Shown piece after piece: positions 62,401-64,000 of a stretch of 64,000 bases of DNA (position 1 is the first letter of the stretch; each line of letters opens with the position of its first letter). This stretch comes from Octopus sinensis (taxonomy: Eukaryota). The DNA lies in the NCBI RefSeq assembly GCF_006345805.1, contig NC_043002.1, positions 46,128,001 to 46,192,000 of the forward strand. The letters are read 5' to 3'. A program made the position numbers and the translations under genes. The notes beneath the pieces are model-generated. The model saw only the letters and a program-made list of their open reading frames with translations, searched no databases and was not told the DNA's origin.

Positions 62401-64000
62401 CTGATCAGACACTACATGGCACAGCTGTTACTAATGAGACACTACCTGACACAGCTGTGACTGATGTAATACAACCTGGCACAGTTGTTACTAATGCGAC
62501 AGTACCTCACACAAATATAACTGATATGAAGCTACATGGTAGAGCTGTGACTGATGAGACACTACCTGGCATAGCTGTAACTGATCAGACACTACTTGGC
62601 ACAGCTGTTACAAATGAGACACTACCTGACACAGTTGTGACTGATGTAATACTACCTGGCACAGCTGTGACTGATGAGACACTACCTGGCATAGTTGTGA
62701 CTGATGAAACACTACATGGCATAGCTGTTACTAATGAGACACTATCTGGCACAGCAGTTACAGATGTGATACTACCTGGTACAGCTGTGACTGATGAGAC
62801 ACTACCTGGCATAGTTGTGACTGAGGAAACACCACATGACATAGCTGTGGCTGATGACACACTACCTGGCACAGCTGTTACTGATGTGATACTACCTGGC
62901 ACAGCTGTGACTGATGAGACACTACCTGGCATAGTTGTGACTGAGGAAACACTACATGACATAGCTGTGGCTGATGACACACTACCTGGCACAGCTGTTA
63001 CTGATGAGACACTACCTGGCACATCTGTTGCTGATGAGATGCTATCTAGCACAGCCATTATTGATAAGACACTACTTGGCACTGTTGATGAAACATTGTC
63101 TAGAACAATTAGCATTGACAAATCGGTATCTAGCATATTTGCTACTGATAGGGTATCATCTGACACAGTTGTTACTAATGGAACACTACTTGATGAATTT
63201 GCTGCTGATAAGTCAATACTTGGTATAATTGTTGGAGCAATGTCTAGTACAGTTGTTAGTGATGAGACAATATCCCGATCAATTACTACTGGCACTACAA
63301 ATGAAACAGTAGATTGGCCAGTTGCTACTGTTCAGACAGTGTATTGGCTAGTCGACACAACTAAAGAAATGTTAGAATCAATTACTACTGATACAACAAT
63401 AAATGGAACACTTGCTGTCATTGAAGTAAAATATGGACCATCTACAACTAAAGAAATAATATCCCAATCTGTTACTAGAAAGGAGAAAATGCCTGTACCA
63501 ATTCACTCTGATAGGATAACACAGCTGAAACATTCACTTTCTACAAGGGAAACATTCCCTAAATCAATTTCTACTGATGAGGCCGTACTTGAAACAGTTT
63601 CCACTGACATGGTAATATATAAATTAGTTTCTACTGATGAAAAGATTCTTGAATCAGTTTCCACTGAGGCAGCAACACTTAAAACAGTGTCTACTGATGA
63701 AGTAGTGCAAGTATCAGTTCCCACTGATGAGGTAATAGACACATTAGTTTCCACTGGTATAACAATATATGGATCAGCTTCCACTGATACAGAAATAAAT
63801 GTATTAACTACTGTTGCTGCTGATACTATAGTAAGACTATTTTCTGCTAACTGGACCATAATTAGACCAATCATCACTGATTATACACAAGACAGAAATA
63901 TTACTATTGAAGGAAAGGTAGCCAGGCAAACTACTATAGTGAGGATGGTTGTCACAGATGAGACAATAACCAAAACAATTGTCTCTGACAGAACAAAATA
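8461..64000 (+). CDS. Giant single-exon ORF (>=55,540 nt, >=~18,500 aa, 3'-incomplete) encoding a putative secreted mucin-like/structural glycoprotein
   Basis: Codons start at positions divisible by 3. Hand translation of 8436-11.4 kb and spot checks at 13.4, 14, 20, 25, 30, 35-37, 40, 43, 45, 50, 53, 57, 59, 62 and 64 kb found no stop; the frame ends ...ETITKTIVSDRTK plus TA at 63999-64000. All nine + strand ORFs listed after 8.4 kb are in another frame and none is in this one, as expected if a stop-less ORF was skipped. In-frame upstream stop TGA at 8409, in-frame ATG at 8436, strong acceptor (tatttttatttctttttcAG) ending at 8460. Tandem repeats have codon-multiple periods (21, 36, 30 nt). 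Confidence 0.92.
10434..10952 (+). repeat. Coding 19-aa Cys repeat (hydrophobic-x-hydrophobic-x-L-x-C) x8
   Basis: Cys codons at 10452, 10509, 10566, 10626, 10683, 10740, 10887 and 10944 (spacing 19, 19, 20, 19, 19, 49, 19 aa). Confidence 0.8.
13830..15990 (+). repeat. Coding degenerate ~21-24-aa repeat (..V-T-V-P-Q-I-H/D..G-S..)
   Basis: Recurrent TAPQIHI, ISQIHI, TVPQIHID, SQIHID, QQIHT, VPQIHT, TIPQID, KIPQID, TVPQVD. Confidence 0.65.
30150..30795 (+). repeat. Coding 21-nt/7-aa tandem repeat [H/L/Y]-N-[T/I]-T-V-T-P, ~31 units
   Basis: Translated directly; 16 units carry an N-x-T sequon. Confidence 0.92.
35580..36865 (+). repeat. Coding degenerate 36-nt/12-aa repeat F-N-[H/Y]-S-I-x-P-I-T-T-x-x
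   Basis: Translated directly; 26 N-x-S/T sequons counted in ~430 aa. Confidence 0.85.
50570..64000 (+). repeat. Coding 30-nt/10-aa tandem array (~450 units) built on a T/S-D anchor, with block-specific consensus
   Basis: Approximate blocks: 50.6-51.9 kb TDI.TGS (very degenerate); 51.9-54.3 kb SDDVT; 55-56.8 kb TDVV.YRP / ATD..IS; 56.86-58.5 kb ATDVTIYRPA; 58.9-60.7 kb ATDEIIPG; 60.7-63.05 kb TDETLPGTAV; 63.05-64 kb VSTDE.I. Confidence 0.9.

Noticed and set aside
56860-63050. CRISPR-like regular ~30-nt periodicity
   Set aside because: Head-to-tail coding repeats with no unique spacers and no cas genes, in a eukaryotic context.
56881-63228. + strand alternative-frame ORFs (MLLMLQYIDQ..., MTHYLAQLL...)
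   Set aside because: Off-frame readings of the decapeptide repeat, interrupted by frequent stops.
55337-63877. Long minus-strand ORFs (up to 316 aa, e.g. SSVTAVPGSV repeats)
   Set aside because: Antisense shadows of the 30-nt coding repeat. They start and stop with repeat variants and have no independent gene signals, whereas the + frame is continuous.
8436-64000. Bacterial giant adhesin (serine-rich repeat/LapA-type) or contaminant
   Set aside because: Contiguous with animal SINEs, microsatellites and a canonical spliceosomal intron; no prokaryotic gene packing, RBS or secretion motifs seen.

Overview
AT-rich animal genomic DNA. The repeat families look like those I recall from Octopus/coleoid cephalopod genomes; this is recall and inference, not a search result. 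Bases 1-8.4 kb are non-coding: a decayed Tc1 transposase, several tRNA-derived SINE copies, two small TA-flanked TIR elements and long TA/CA/CAT microsatellites. They also hold a probable 49-nt first coding exon (3936-3984). The main feature is missing from the supplied ORF track because it has no stop inside the window: a + strand reading frame open from 8436/8461 to the window end. That implies a coding exon of at least 55.5 kb and at least ~18,500 codons. It encodes an apparently secreted, giant Thr/Ser/Ile/Val-rich mucin-like or structural glycoprotein. In order, the modules are: signal peptide, possible VWA-like alpha/beta domain, RIKR furin-type site, eight 19-aa Cys repeats, a polybasic segment, ~22-aa degenerate repeats, a long non-repetitive S/T-rich body with two periodic N-glycosylation-sequon arrays (7-aa and 12-aa), and a ~13.5-kb decapeptide array whose consensus changes block by block. 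The C-terminus lies outside the window. I translated about the first 3 kb of the frame continuously and spot-checked the rest; I did not translate every codon.
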